The notes under the pieces: model-generated
The model's database searches: none
What the model was told of the DNA's origin: nothing
Seen by the model: only the letters and a program-made list of their open reading frames with translations
Made by a program: the position numbers and the translations under genes
Shown: piece after piece, positions 50,065 to 58,940 of the stretch
How the letters are laid out: each line of letters starts with the position of its first letter
How positions within the stretch are numbered: position 1 is the stretch's first letter
From: Acidimicrobiia bacterium
GTDB taxonomy: Bacteria > Actinomycetota > Acidimicrobiia > Spongiisociales > ZC4RG35
Direction of reading: 5' to 3'
DNA: 64,000 nt
NCBI GenBank assembly: GCA_965215185.1
Contig: OZ244034.1
Coordinates: 96,001 to 160,000, forward strand

Positions 50065-51819
50065 GTGGAAAGTAGACGACTCCGGCTGGTTCGAGCCAAG
50101 AGGATGGCGATCCTGGTCACGTTGGCTCTGGTAGTAGCGGCGTGCGGAGGTGACGACCAGGATTCAGTTGCCACAACCGCAACCGCAGCCCCGGCCCAAG
50201 AGGCCACAACCACGGCGGCGCCGGCGGCGCCGACCACAACCGCTGCCGAAGAGATGGATGAGGAAGAAGCGCCGACTACGACGGCCGCGATGGTCGAGAA
50301 GCCGGTGATCGTGGCGTCCCTGGCTGACACACCCAACCTGATCGAGTTGCACACATTCCGCGCCACGTCCGCTTATGCGGTGACCAATGCGGCCTACGAG
50401 CCTCTGATCAAACAAGTCTTCGAGGAGCAGCCCAATGGGTTGTTGCAGGGGTCGTTCGTCGACCATGTCGGAGCGGGCGCCGAGTCCTTCGACATCCAGG
50501 AAACGGCCGATGGTGGTTTCCTGGCCACCTTCACGATCCGCCAGGGTCAGACCTTTTCTGATGGCACCCCGGTGACCGCCGCCGATTACAAGTACGTGTT
50601 CGACCGTTCGATCGAAGGTCCCGGGTACATAGGCCTGCTGCTTCCATTTGTGGGTATTTCGAGCACCGATCAGATCAGGGCGATCGACGATTACACCTTC
50701 GAGGTGGAGACCACCGTGCAGAGTCCCCTGTTTCACAGGTTCCTCACCTTCCAGGTGTTCGGAGCGATGAACCGGGCAGAGGCTGAGGCAAATGCCACCG
50801 AGGATGATCCATGGGCCTTTGCCTATTACAACGACAAAAGCGGCGGATCGGGACCCTACTACGTAGCCAAGTTCGACCCGGACAACGAAGTCGTGCTCGA
50901 ACCCAATCCCGGCTATTGGAATGCGGAGAATTTGGCAAACGCAGGTGTCATAATAAGGCCGATCCCCGACGCCAATGAGAAGGCGCGCCTGGTTTCGGCC
51001 GGCGATATCGACGTGGCGACCGGGATCCCGCCCAAGCTGCTTGCGGTTCTGCAAGATGATCCGAATGTGAAGATCTGGGCGAGCAAAACCACCGGTGTCC
51101 ACTACCTGGCCATGAACCAGACCATCGCACCGCTCGACAACGTCCATGTGCGCAAAGCCATCGTCAGCACCGTACCCTATCAGGCGCTGATAGACAGTGT
51201 GATGTTCGGTTTCGCGTCGCCTGCGGGAGGGGTCGTGACATCCACCATGGAGACCCATGACTCCTCGATCGGAGGCCAGTTCCAGCAAGACCTGGAGGCG
51301 GCTCGCGGCCATCTGGAAGCATCGGGTGTGGAAGATCTGACTCTGTTGCTGGGGGTACGTGAATCACGCCTTGGCGACCAGGAGGCGGCGGTGTTAATCC
51401 AAGATGCTCTCCGCCAGATCGGAGTCACGGTCGATGTGCAGATTCTGCCCGACGGCGATTTTGCCGGCCGGATAAATGCCAACGAACTGCCGCTGTTCAT
51501 TCATGACTGGTTCTCTTGGGGTGAGGATCCCTTCTACCAGATGAGATTCCTGACCACCTGCGGCCAGTTCGTCAACTACGCGCGTTTTTGCGACGAGGCT
51601 TATGACGCTCTTGTCCAGGAAGGCACATTCACCACCGATCCGGCGGTTCGCGGCGACGTCTCTTCCCAGGCGCAGCAGATCTTCTTGGATCAGGCGGTGT
51701 GGGCGCCGCTTTGGTCCTCAGATCGGACTACCGTCACCCACAAATGCGTTACCGGCGTAGTGCAGGATTACACGCGGATACCGGTCTTCACCGAGATGTC
51801 GAAGGTCCCGGACTGCTGA
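50065..51819 (+). CDS. Dpp/Opp-type ABC solute-binding lipoprotein (family 5)
   Basis: AAGGAGG RBS, lipobox VAAC, T/A/P linker, FSDGTPVTAAD, GSGPY, VRKAI. Confidence 0.9.
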   Translation: MESRRLRLVRAKRMAILVTLALVVAACGGDDQDSVATTATAAPAQEATTTAAPAAPTTTAAEEMDEEEAPTTTAAMVEKPVIVASLADTPNLIELHTFRATSAYAVTNAAYEPLIKQVFEEQPNGLLQGSFVDHVGAGAESFDIQETADGGFLATFTIRQGQTFSDGTPVTAADYKYVFDRSIEGPGYIGLLLPFVGISSTDQIRAIDDYTFEVETTVQSPLFHRFLTFQVFGAMNRAEAEANATEDDPWAFAYYNDKSGGSGPYYVAKFDPDNEVVLEPNPGYWNAENLANAGVIIRPIPDANEKARLVSAGDIDVATGIPPKLLAVLQDDPNVKIWASKTTGVHYLAMNQTIAPLDNVHVRKAIVSTVPYQALIDSVMFGFASPAGGVVTSTMETHDSSIGGQFQQDLEAARGHLEASGVEDLTLLLGVRESRLGDQEAAVLIQDALRQIGVTVDVQILPDGDFAGRINANELPLFIHDWFSWGEDPFYQMRFLTTCGQFVNYARFCDEAYDALVQEGTFTTDPAVRGDVSSQAQQIFLDQAVWAPLWSSDRTTVTHKCVTGVVQDYTRIPVFTEMSKVPDC

Positions 51820-51828
51820 GCGAAAAAA

Positions 51829-51865
51829 GGAAGGGCGGGGGCGGCCAGGCCGGTCCCGCCCTCCC
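51829..51865 (+). promoter_or_regulatory. GC-rich stem-loop after the SBP gene (mRNA stabiliser or partial terminator)
   Basis: GGAAGGGCGGGGGCGGCC-A-GGCCGGTCCCGCCCTCCC between SBP and permease. Confidence 0.5.
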
Positions 51866-51875
51866 TCAGTAGGGA

Positions 51876-52913
51876 ATGTCCTTTCGGATGTGGAGATATC
51901 TCGGAAGAAGATTGCTGGTGTCGGTAGCCACCGTGGCCGGCATAGTGGTAGTGGTGTTTTTCATTATGCGGGTACTGCCCGGCGACGCCGCGGCGGTACG
52001 AGCCGGGCCCTATGCCTCCGAGGAGAAGCTTGAACAGATAAGGGAACAGTTCGGCTTCAGTGATCCGATGCCGGTGCAGTTCGTCAACTATGTGCGGGAT
52101 GTGGTCGGTGGTGACCTGGGAACCTCGATCAGAACGGGTGGAAAGGTCACCGAAGAACTCCTTACCCGCCTGCCCGCTTCCCTAGAGCTTGCCTTCTATT
52201 CGGTGCTTCTGGCGGTGGTGGTCGGCGTCCCGATTGGCGTTACGGCAGCTTCCCGGCGGGACACCGGGATCGACAGGGCGGCGCGGGTGATTGCGGTTCT
52301 CGGATCGTCCATGGCGTTTTTCTGGCTGGGGCTGATGCTGACTTTCGTGTTCTTCTTCAAGCTCGGCTGGTTTCCAGGTCCGGTTGGAAGGCTGGCCATC
52401 ACTACGCAATCACCAGATCCCATCACCGGCTTCTTCACCTTCGACGCGGCTCTGGCTGGGAATTGGGGTCTCATGTGGGAGGCCTTTCGGTACCTTGCCC
52501 TTCCCGCTGTGACCGTGGGTTTCATACTGTCGGCGCCCATCCTCAAGATCGTTCGCTCCTCGATGATCGAAGTCCTCGACAGCGAATACGTCCGCACGGC
52601 CCGAGCCTTGGGGGTCCCCAGGCGTCAGGTTCTGTTTCGAGACGGCTTCCGTAACGCCTTGGTTCCGGTGACGACCGCCATCGGCATCGTCTTCGGATAC
52701 ATGCTGGGCGGCAACATCATCGTCGAGTTGATCTTCGCCTGGCCGGGCGTCGGTCGATACGCATATGAGGCATTGCGGGTCAGTGACCTGGAGGCCCTCC
52801 AAGGATTCGTGATTGTGGTCGGGTTGCTGTATATCGTTCTCAACGTTTTGATCGACTTCGTTTACAGCTGGATCGACCCCCGCATCAAGTTGGGGCAGAA
52901 AGTGGTGGCGTGA
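51876..52913 (+). CDS. ABC permease DppB-like
   Basis: LPGD, GDLGTS, LPASLEL, EYVRTARALG, IVELIFAWPGVG, DPRI. Confidence 0.93.
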   Translation: MSFRMWRYLGRRLLVSVATVAGIVVVVFFIMRVLPGDAAAVRAGPYASEEKLEQIREQFGFSDPMPVQFVNYVRDVVGGDLGTSIRTGGKVTEELLTRLPASLELAFYSVLLAVVVGVPIGVTAASRRDTGIDRAARVIAVLGSSMAFFWLGLMLTFVFFFKLGWFPGPVGRLAITTQSPDPITGFFTFDAALAGNWGLMWEAFRYLALPAVTVGFILSAPILKIVRSSMIEVLDSEYVRTARALGVPRRQVLFRDGFRNALVPVTTAIGIVFGYMLGGNIIVELIFAWPGVGRYAYEALRVSDLEALQGFVIVVGLLYIVLNVLIDFVYSWIDPRIKLGQKVVA

Positions 52914-53791
52914 CTTCGATGTCCAACGCATCCAATTCCACTGGTTCGCCATTCGTTCCGCCTCGGATCGATACCCGCGAAAGACCCCTTCCCCTGGCCT
53001 CCCGCAAGCCCCTGGCGGTGGTGGGGATGATCATTTTGGCCATCTACATTTTGCTGGCCGCCGTAGGCCCCTTCTTCGTGGCGGACCCGGTGTCGACCAA
53101 TCCGACGGAAGCGCTGCTTTCTCCCTCCCTGGATCACTTTATGGGAACTGACAACTTCGGCCGCGATGTCTTTGCCAGGGCCGTTCACAGCGCGCGACTC
53201 GATCTGACCTTGGGTGTTGTTATAGCCATCTGCGCGATGGTGATCGGGTCGGCGATCGGGGTGGTGGCCGGTTACTGGGGAGGCGCCATTGATGAGACGT
53301 TGATGCGGTTCACCGACATCGTGCTGGCTTTCCCCGGCTTCGTGCTCGCCCTGATCCTGGTGGCGGTACTCGGTAACAGCACCCTCAACGTCGGCATAGC
53401 AGTGACCGCGGCATTCGTACCTTATTTCATCCGCCTCACCAGGGCTCAGGCCCTTTCCGAGCGGGGACTCGAATATGTGGACGGCGCCAAATTGGCAGGA
53501 AACCGTTCGGGACGAGTGGCCTTTGTCCATGTCCTGCCCAACTCGCTCCAGCCATCTTTGGTGACAGCCACTCTGGTGGCCGGCTGGGCGATCCTTACGG
53601 TGTCAGGGTTGGCTTTCCTGGGAGTGGGGATCAAACCTCCCACTGCCGAATGGGGTGTGATGGTAAGCGAAGGCGCCCGGGATATCGATGCCGGACACTG
53701 GTGGACTTCACTATTTCCGGGCGGGATGATCGTCCTGGCGGCTATGGCCTTCCACTTCATCGGTGATGAGTTCGGAGGCCGGGAGGCATGA
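52910..53791 (+). CDS. ABC permease DppC-like
   Basis: GTDNFGRD, MRFTD..LAFP, LAFLGVG..PPTAEWG. Confidence 0.93.
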   Translation: MTSMSNASNSTGSPFVPPRIDTRERPLPLASRKPLAVVGMIILAIYILLAAVGPFFVADPVSTNPTEALLSPSLDHFMGTDNFGRDVFARAVHSARLDLTLGVVIAICAMVIGSAIGVVAGYWGGAIDETLMRFTDIVLAFPGFVLALILVAVLGNSTLNVGIAVTAAFVPYFIRLTRAQALSERGLEYVDGAKLAGNRSGRVAFVHVLPNSLQPSLVTATLVAGWAILTVSGLAFLGVGIKPPTAEWGVMVSEGARDIDAGHWWTSLFPGGMIVLAAMAFHFIGDEFGGREA

Positions 53792-54741
53792 GTCTGCTGG
53801 AGGTGGATGGGCTAACGGTGGGATTGGACCGTAGCCCGACATCGATCCTGGCCAATGTTTCCTTCAACGTACCGGCGGGCCAGATCGTTGGATTGGTGGG
53901 CGAGTCGGGTTCCGGTAAGACCATGGCCGCTTTAACCATGATGGGCCTCCTCCCCGATGGGATAGGGGTGCGGTCTGGCAGCATCCGTGTCGACAACCGC
54001 CAACTCATGGACCCCGACACGATGACGGTGAGGCGCCGAGCCGGCGACATGGCCATGATCTTCCAACATCCTCAAGCTGCTCTGAATCCGACCATGAAAG
54101 TTGGTCGTCAGATCGCCCGCGTGTTTTCCTTGCATCAAAGCTGTGGCCGCGGCGAGGCGATGTCGCAGAGCATCGAGATACTGGGCCGGGTGGGCATTTC
54201 CGGGGCGGGGCGGGTCGCGCAAGCCTATCCCCATCAGCTATCGGGTGGTATGTGCCAGCGGGTCATGATTGCCATGGCCCTTGCCTGCCGGCCCCGTATC
54301 CTGGTCGCCGACGAACCCACCACCGCGCTGGACGTGACCATCCAGGCCCAGATCTTCGATCTCATCAGGGACCTGGTGGCAGAAACAGGGGCAGGTGTCC
54401 TGTTCATAACCCATGACTTGGCGGCGGTGGCCGAGATGTGCGACACAGTCACTGTTCTGTTCGGAGGTCAAGTCATGGAGGAGGGATTCAGGGATGACGT
54501 TTTCCGGCGCCCTCGACACCCTTACACCAACTACCTGCTTGATTCGGTTCTAAAGGAGGTGGATCCCCAGGTCATCGAAGCTGGTGTCGATTTCGGGCTG
54601 GTCGGGTGTCGTTTCGGCCATCGGTGCCGCTACGCGTGGGAGGCGTGCGGTAAGGTGCCGGAGCTGGTAACCGTGGGCGAGGGCCACCGCTCCGCTTGCT
54701 TTCTGCACACTGTGGAGGAAAACGGTGCCGGCGCTTCTTGA
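53788..54741 (+). CDS. ABC ATPase DppD-like
   Basis: GESGSGKT, YPHQLSGGMCQR, ADEPTTALD, HPYT, Cys-rich tail. Confidence 0.93.
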   Translation: MSLLEVDGLTVGLDRSPTSILANVSFNVPAGQIVGLVGESGSGKTMAALTMMGLLPDGIGVRSGSIRVDNRQLMDPDTMTVRRRAGDMAMIFQHPQAALNPTMKVGRQIARVFSLHQSCGRGEAMSQSIEILGRVGISGAGRVAQAYPHQLSGGMCQRVMIAMALACRPRILVADEPTTALDVTIQAQIFDLIRDLVAETGAGVLFITHDLAAVAEMCDTVTVLFGGQVMEEGFRDDVFRRPRHPYTNYLLDSVLKEVDPQVIEAGVDFGLVGCRFGHRCRYAWEACGKVPELVTVGEGHRSACFLHTVEENGAGAS

Positions 54742-55678
54742 GGTAAGAGGGCTCCGCAAAACGTTCGGCCGTGGGCGTGGCGCCCTACCAGCGGTCCGTG
54801 GGGTGGATCTGGATGTGGAGCGAGGGGAGACTGTGGGGGTGGTGGGCGAATCCGGTTGCGGCAAGACTACGCTGGCCAGGATGGTGGCAGGCCTTACCCG
54901 GGCCACCGACGGCCTTATCCGCTTCGATGGATCGGTTCTGGATGGACATTCGGCATCGATGGAGAACCGACAGCGGATCCAGATGGTGTTTCAACATCCG
55001 GCGCAGTCGCTGAACCGCCGCATGTCGGTTGGCGCGATGCTGGCCGAGCCCCTTCGACTCTTGGCCGGAGTTCCCAAATCAGAGACAACCCATCGCATCG
55101 AGGAGATGCTGCAATTGGTGGGTCTGGATGCAGCCTTTCGGAACCGCCGCCCGCGACAACTCTCCGGAGGCCAACAACAGCGGGTGGCGATCGCCCGCGC
55201 CCTGATGCCCGATCCCGATCTGGTGGTGCTCGACGAGCCCACCTCGAGTCTGGACCAGTCGCTGCGGGGTCGCATCATCGCTCTGCTCCGCGGGATTCAG
55301 GAGATCAGGGGAGTGTCCTATTTGCTCATCAGCCACGATCTGGGCACTGTCCGCCGGATCGCCGACCGGGTGGCGGTGATGTATTTGGGCAGGATTGTGG
55401 AGGTCGCCGGGACCCGGGAACTCTTCGAGGACCCTCGTCATCCTTACACCAAGGCACTGTTGTCGGTGGCACCCACCATGGACTTGGACAAGGTGCGAGA
55501 CAGGATCACCCTCGAAGGGGAGACTCCTAGTCCCACCGACCTGCCGACTGGCTGTTCCTTCCAAGATCGGTGCCCGTTGGTGTTCGATCGCTGCCGGCAT
55601 GAGTCTCCGGTTCTGACTTCGGTGGCCAGCTATCGTAAGGTGGAATGCTTCGCCGCCGGACCCGAATCCGACTCCTGA
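54725..55678 (+). CDS. ABC ATPase DppF-like
   Basis: [33 protein letters not shown]. Confidence 0.93.
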   Translation: MPALLEVRGLRKTFGRGRGALPAVRGVDLDVERGETVGVVGESGCGKTTLARMVAGLTRATDGLIRFDGSVLDGHSASMENRQRIQMVFQHPAQSLNRRMSVGAMLAEPLRLLAGVPKSETTHRIEEMLQLVGLDAAFRNRRPRQLSGGQQQRVAIARALMPDPDLVVLDEPTSSLDQSLRGRIIALLRGIQEIRGVSYLLISHDLGTVRRIADRVAVMYLGRIVEVAGTRELFEDPRHPYTKALLSVAPTMDLDKVRDRITLEGETPSPTDLPTGCSFQDRCPLVFDRCRHESPVLTSVASYRKVECFAAGPESDS

Positions 55679-55697
55679 TGCTGGGAAGGATTCGCTC

Positions 55698-56699
55698 GTG
55701 ACCCAAGACAGAGCGATCGGGCTGGTGCTGGGCAGTGCTATAGCGCCCTCGGACCTGGCTGCGGCCGCGCGAACGGCAGAGCAGGGGGGCTTTGACGAAA
55801 TATGGCTTGCGGAGGACTTCTTCTTTACCGGCGGCATCTCCGGCGCTTCGCTGGTGCTTTCGGCCACCGAACGGACCGTGGTGGGGCTCGGTGTGGTGTC
55901 GGCAATGGTAAGGCACCCGGCCCTCCTTGCTATGGAGATCTCGACGATCTCGGCCGGGTATCCAGGGCGGTTGACTGCCGGTGTCGGACTCGGCGTGCCC
56001 GGATGGATACGCCAGATGGGCCTGCATCCCCGCTCCCCGCTAACTGCGATGCGGGAGAGCGTTTCGTCGGTCAGACGGCTGCTGGCGGGAGAAACACTCG
56101 ATGGGAATGGCAAGGTGTTCGATTTCCACGATGTGACGCTCACCTATCCCGAAACGGGAGTCCCCACCCCGATCCACATGGGCGTGACCGGTCCGAAGAT
56201 GCTCCGCCTGTCAGGGGAGATCGCGGACGGTACGGTGCTCTCTGTGGCTGCCAGTCACGAGTACGTGCAATGGGCCAGGGAACGGATCGATGAGGGACGG
56301 CGGTTGGGGGGACGGTCCGGGCCACATCGGATAACCCTCTTCGCCATATATTCGGTGGCCGACGATCCCCAACAAGCCCGCAGAGCGGTTCGCGGTCCCC
56401 TCTCGTTCTACAAGTCGTTGGGCGCCAATGCTCTGACCGACGTGTACGGGAATTCCGAACAACTCCGCAGCCTCATTGACAGCGGTGGCTATGAAGCGGT
56501 GCGCCAGGGGATGCCCGACCAGTGGATTGAGGATCTCACCATCGCCGGCTCACCGCAGGAGGTAGCCGCCAAGATCGAGAGTTTCTACGAGATCGGCGCC
56601 GACTGCGTAGCGCTCTTCCCAATGCCCAGTGACCAGGTCGGCCGCATGGTGGAATTGACCGCCGAGCAGGTCCTACCCCTGTTGAGAACCCGCGGCTGA
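55698..56699 (+). CDS. LLM-class flavin/F420-dependent oxidoreductase (Mer-like)
   Basis: IWLAED, RHPALLAME, PGRL..GVG.G, GPKMLRLSGEIADG, IAGSP. Confidence 0.85.
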   Translation: MTQDRAIGLVLGSAIAPSDLAAAARTAEQGGFDEIWLAEDFFFTGGISGASLVLSATERTVVGLGVVSAMVRHPALLAMEISTISAGYPGRLTAGVGLGVPGWIRQMGLHPRSPLTAMRESVSSVRRLLAGETLDGNGKVFDFHDVTLTYPETGVPTPIHMGVTGPKMLRLSGEIADGTVLSVAASHEYVQWARERIDEGRRLGGRSGPHRITLFAIYSVADDPQQARRAVRGPLSFYKSLGANALTDVYGNSEQLRSLIDSGGYEAVRQGMPDQWIEDLTIAGSPQEVAAKIESFYEIGADCVALFPMPSDQVGRMVELTAEQVLPLLRTRG

Positions 56700-56749
56700 A
56701 CCGCTGGCGGTTAGCCGAAAGCGCGGCGGCTTAACACGAGTTGCCTGGA

Positions 56750-57310
56750 TCAGTCCAACTCGTTGATCGTTACCGAGTTGATCGTCACGTCGGTCAGCGG
56801 CCGGTCGTTGCGGCCGGTCGCCACATTTTGCATGGCGTCCACCACGTCCAGTCCTTTCACCACTTTGCCGAACAGCGAATATTGCGGCGGGAGTCGGCGG
56901 CCGTTGGGCCCGCTGATGATGAAGAACTGGCTCCCGTTAGTGTTTGGCCCGGCGTTGGCCATGGCCAGCGAGCCAAGTTCGTAGCGTCCCGGCTTGGGCA
57001 ACTCGTCGGCAAAGCGGTACCCAGGACCACCCCGCCCCGTGCCGGTGGGATCGCCGCCCTGGCAGACGAAACCTTTGATGATGCGATGGAAGATCACACC
57101 GTCGTAGTAGTGGTAGCGGGCCAGCACTACGAAGTTGTTCACGGTGCGGGGAGCGGAGATCGCATCCAAAGCGATGGTGATTGTGCCCATTGACGTCTCC
57201 ATCACCGCGGTGTAGGACTTGGCCGCATCGATACAAATGGGGGGCGGTTTGGGGAATTCGCGGCGGACAGGACTGGATCCGTCCTCGGCGGGGCAAGGGG
57301 TGTCGGCCAC
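56750..57310 (-). CDS. Cyclophilin-type peptidyl-prolyl isomerase
   Basis: AAGGAG then GTG 57310; FHRII, QGGDPTGTG.GGPGY, AMANAGPNTNGSQFFI, FGKV. Confidence 0.93.
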   Translation of the reverse strand: MADTPCPAEDGSSPVRREFPKPPPICIDAAKSYTAVMETSMGTITIALDAISAPRTVNNFVVLARYHYYDGVIFHRIIKGFVCQGGDPTGTGRGGPGYRFADELPKPGRYELGSLAMANAGPNTNGSQFFIISGPNGRRLPPQYSLFGKVVKGLDVVDAMQNVATGRNDRPLTDVTINSVTINELD

Positions 57311-57593
57311 TGGAGGCTCCTTTACTGCTGAATCTTCGGATTGGAGGGACGGGCTAACCCTAATCACGCCCCCTACGTGCAGGGGCATGTTGGAGGGATC
57401 CGCTCCCGGTGGGCAGTGCGCGGCGGCGATCAGGCCGCGGGCGACGCTGAGGTAGTCTCGTCATCTCTCGCCATATGTCTCCCGGATAAGCGGCTCCTTG
57501 GAGGCGACCCTGCGTAGGGCCTCCATCCGCGACTTGGATGGTTGCCTCGCCTACTCTGGAGACGGTCGACACCGAGTGTCAGGGGTGATCAAC

Positions 57594-58940
57594 TTAGTCG
57601 GTCCTCGCTGCGGCGAGAACGTCGAAGGACGATGTGATGGCCTGGCGAAGTTCGTCGAGTTGAGTGTCTCCCATCGCCGTTGAGAGCGCCACTATCACTC
57701 GCGACGGTGCGGTGAAGACGCCGCGTTCCATAAGGAGGTAAAACAGGGCGGTCAGCGGCTCCATCTTCCGCGTCTTGGCCTGCCGGTAGCTGGTTGGCAG
57801 GTCTGATCCCACATGTAGCTGCAGAAGGCTCCCGTAGCCGCCAGCTATGAGCGGCAGCCCGAGCCGGGGGCACTCTTCGTTGATCCACGCCCGCAGGTGG
57901 TCGCCGTTGGCGTTGAGCCGGTCGATGGCTGCGGGGGTGAGGTTGCGCAAGGCGTGGACACCTGCGGCCATGGTCAGGGGATTGGCGTTGAAGGTGCCGC
58001 TCTGGGTCATCACCTGGTTGCCTCGGGGGTCGGTCATCGACATCAGTTCCTCCGAGCCTCCGAAGGCGCCGACCGGGAGGCCTCCGCCGATCAGCTTGCC
58101 GAGGACGGTGAGATCAGGGGTGAGGCCGAGGGTTTGCTGGATGCCGCCGTAGGCGTACCGCAGGGTCTGGATCTCGTCGAGGATCACCAGCGTCCCTGTG
58201 TCGGCGGCCGCCTTGGAGATAGCCTCCAGATAGCCGTCCGGCGGCCTGAGGCCGCCACCGAAACCCTGGATAGGTTCGACGATGAGCGCCGCCGACGTGC
58301 GACCGTGCTCTCCGATTAACCGGACGGCCTCGTCGTTGTCGTCGAACGGGATCACGTGCGTTGCGGTGGCCACGCTTTCGGGGACTCCTTCCTCCGGCAG
58401 TGCCGCCGGCTGGTCGAGGCCCAAGCGCTTCACGCTGACTTGCACGGACTCGTTTCCTCCGTGATATCCGCCCTCCACCTTGATCACGTCGGCGCGTCCG
58501 GTGGCATGCCGGGCGAGGCGGATGGCGTACAGGACCGCCTCGCTGCCAGAGTTGGTGAACCGCACCTTCTCCATGCTGTTCACCCTGGCAGTGATCTCCT
58601 CGGCCAACTCAATCTCCGACGGCGACGGCGCGGCGTAGGCCGTGCCGCGGGCTGCCTGCTCCGCGATTACCCGCACGGTCTCGGCGTCGGGGTGACCATG
58701 GATCAGGCTCGTGTAGTTGTTGACGACATCAAGGTAGCGATGGCCGTCGAGATCGTGGAGGTAGGGACCCTCGGCATGATCGATATAAAAAGGAAACGGC
58801 TCGAAATACAGTTGGGTACGCGAGTTGCCGCCCGGCATGACCGCCAGCGCGCGTGTAAAGGCGGCCTCCGACCGCGAATTCCTGGCGGCGTAGGCCGTCT
58901 TCAGGTCGGCGATCAACGAATCCAGTCCGGTCACATTCAC
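57594..58940 (-). CDS. Class III PLP aminotransferase (glutamate-1-semialdehyde aminomutase-like)
   Basis: MPGG, RFTNSGSEA, GGYHG, DEIQT, LGKLIGGGLPVGAFGG, SGTFNANP. Confidence 0.88.
   Translation of the reverse strand: MNVTGLDSLIADLKTAYAARNSRSEAAFTRALAVMPGGNSRTQLYFEPFPFYIDHAEGPYLHDLDGHRYLDVVNNYTSLIHGHPDAETVRVIAEQAARGTAYAAPSPSEIELAEEITARVNSMEKVRFTNSGSEAVLYAIRLARHATGRADVIKVEGGYHGGNESVQVSVKRLGLDQPAALPEEGVPESVATATHVIPFDDNDEAVRLIGEHGRTSAALIVEPIQGFGGGLRPPDGYLEAISKAAADTGTLVILDEIQTLRYAYGGIQQTLGLTPDLTVLGKLIGGGLPVGAFGGSEELMSMTDPRGNQVMTQSGTFNANPLTMAAGVHALRNLTPAAIDRLNANGDHLRAWINEECPRLGLPLIAGGYGSLLQLHVGSDLPTSYRQAKTRKMEPLTALFYLLMERGVFTAPSRVIVALSTAMGDTQLDELRQAITSSFDVLAAARTD

Noticed and set aside
57594-58940. 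hemL assignment
   Set aside because: GSA-aminomutase-like, but in a catabolic operon with no hem genes and with YLDVVNNY-type divergence; no symbol given
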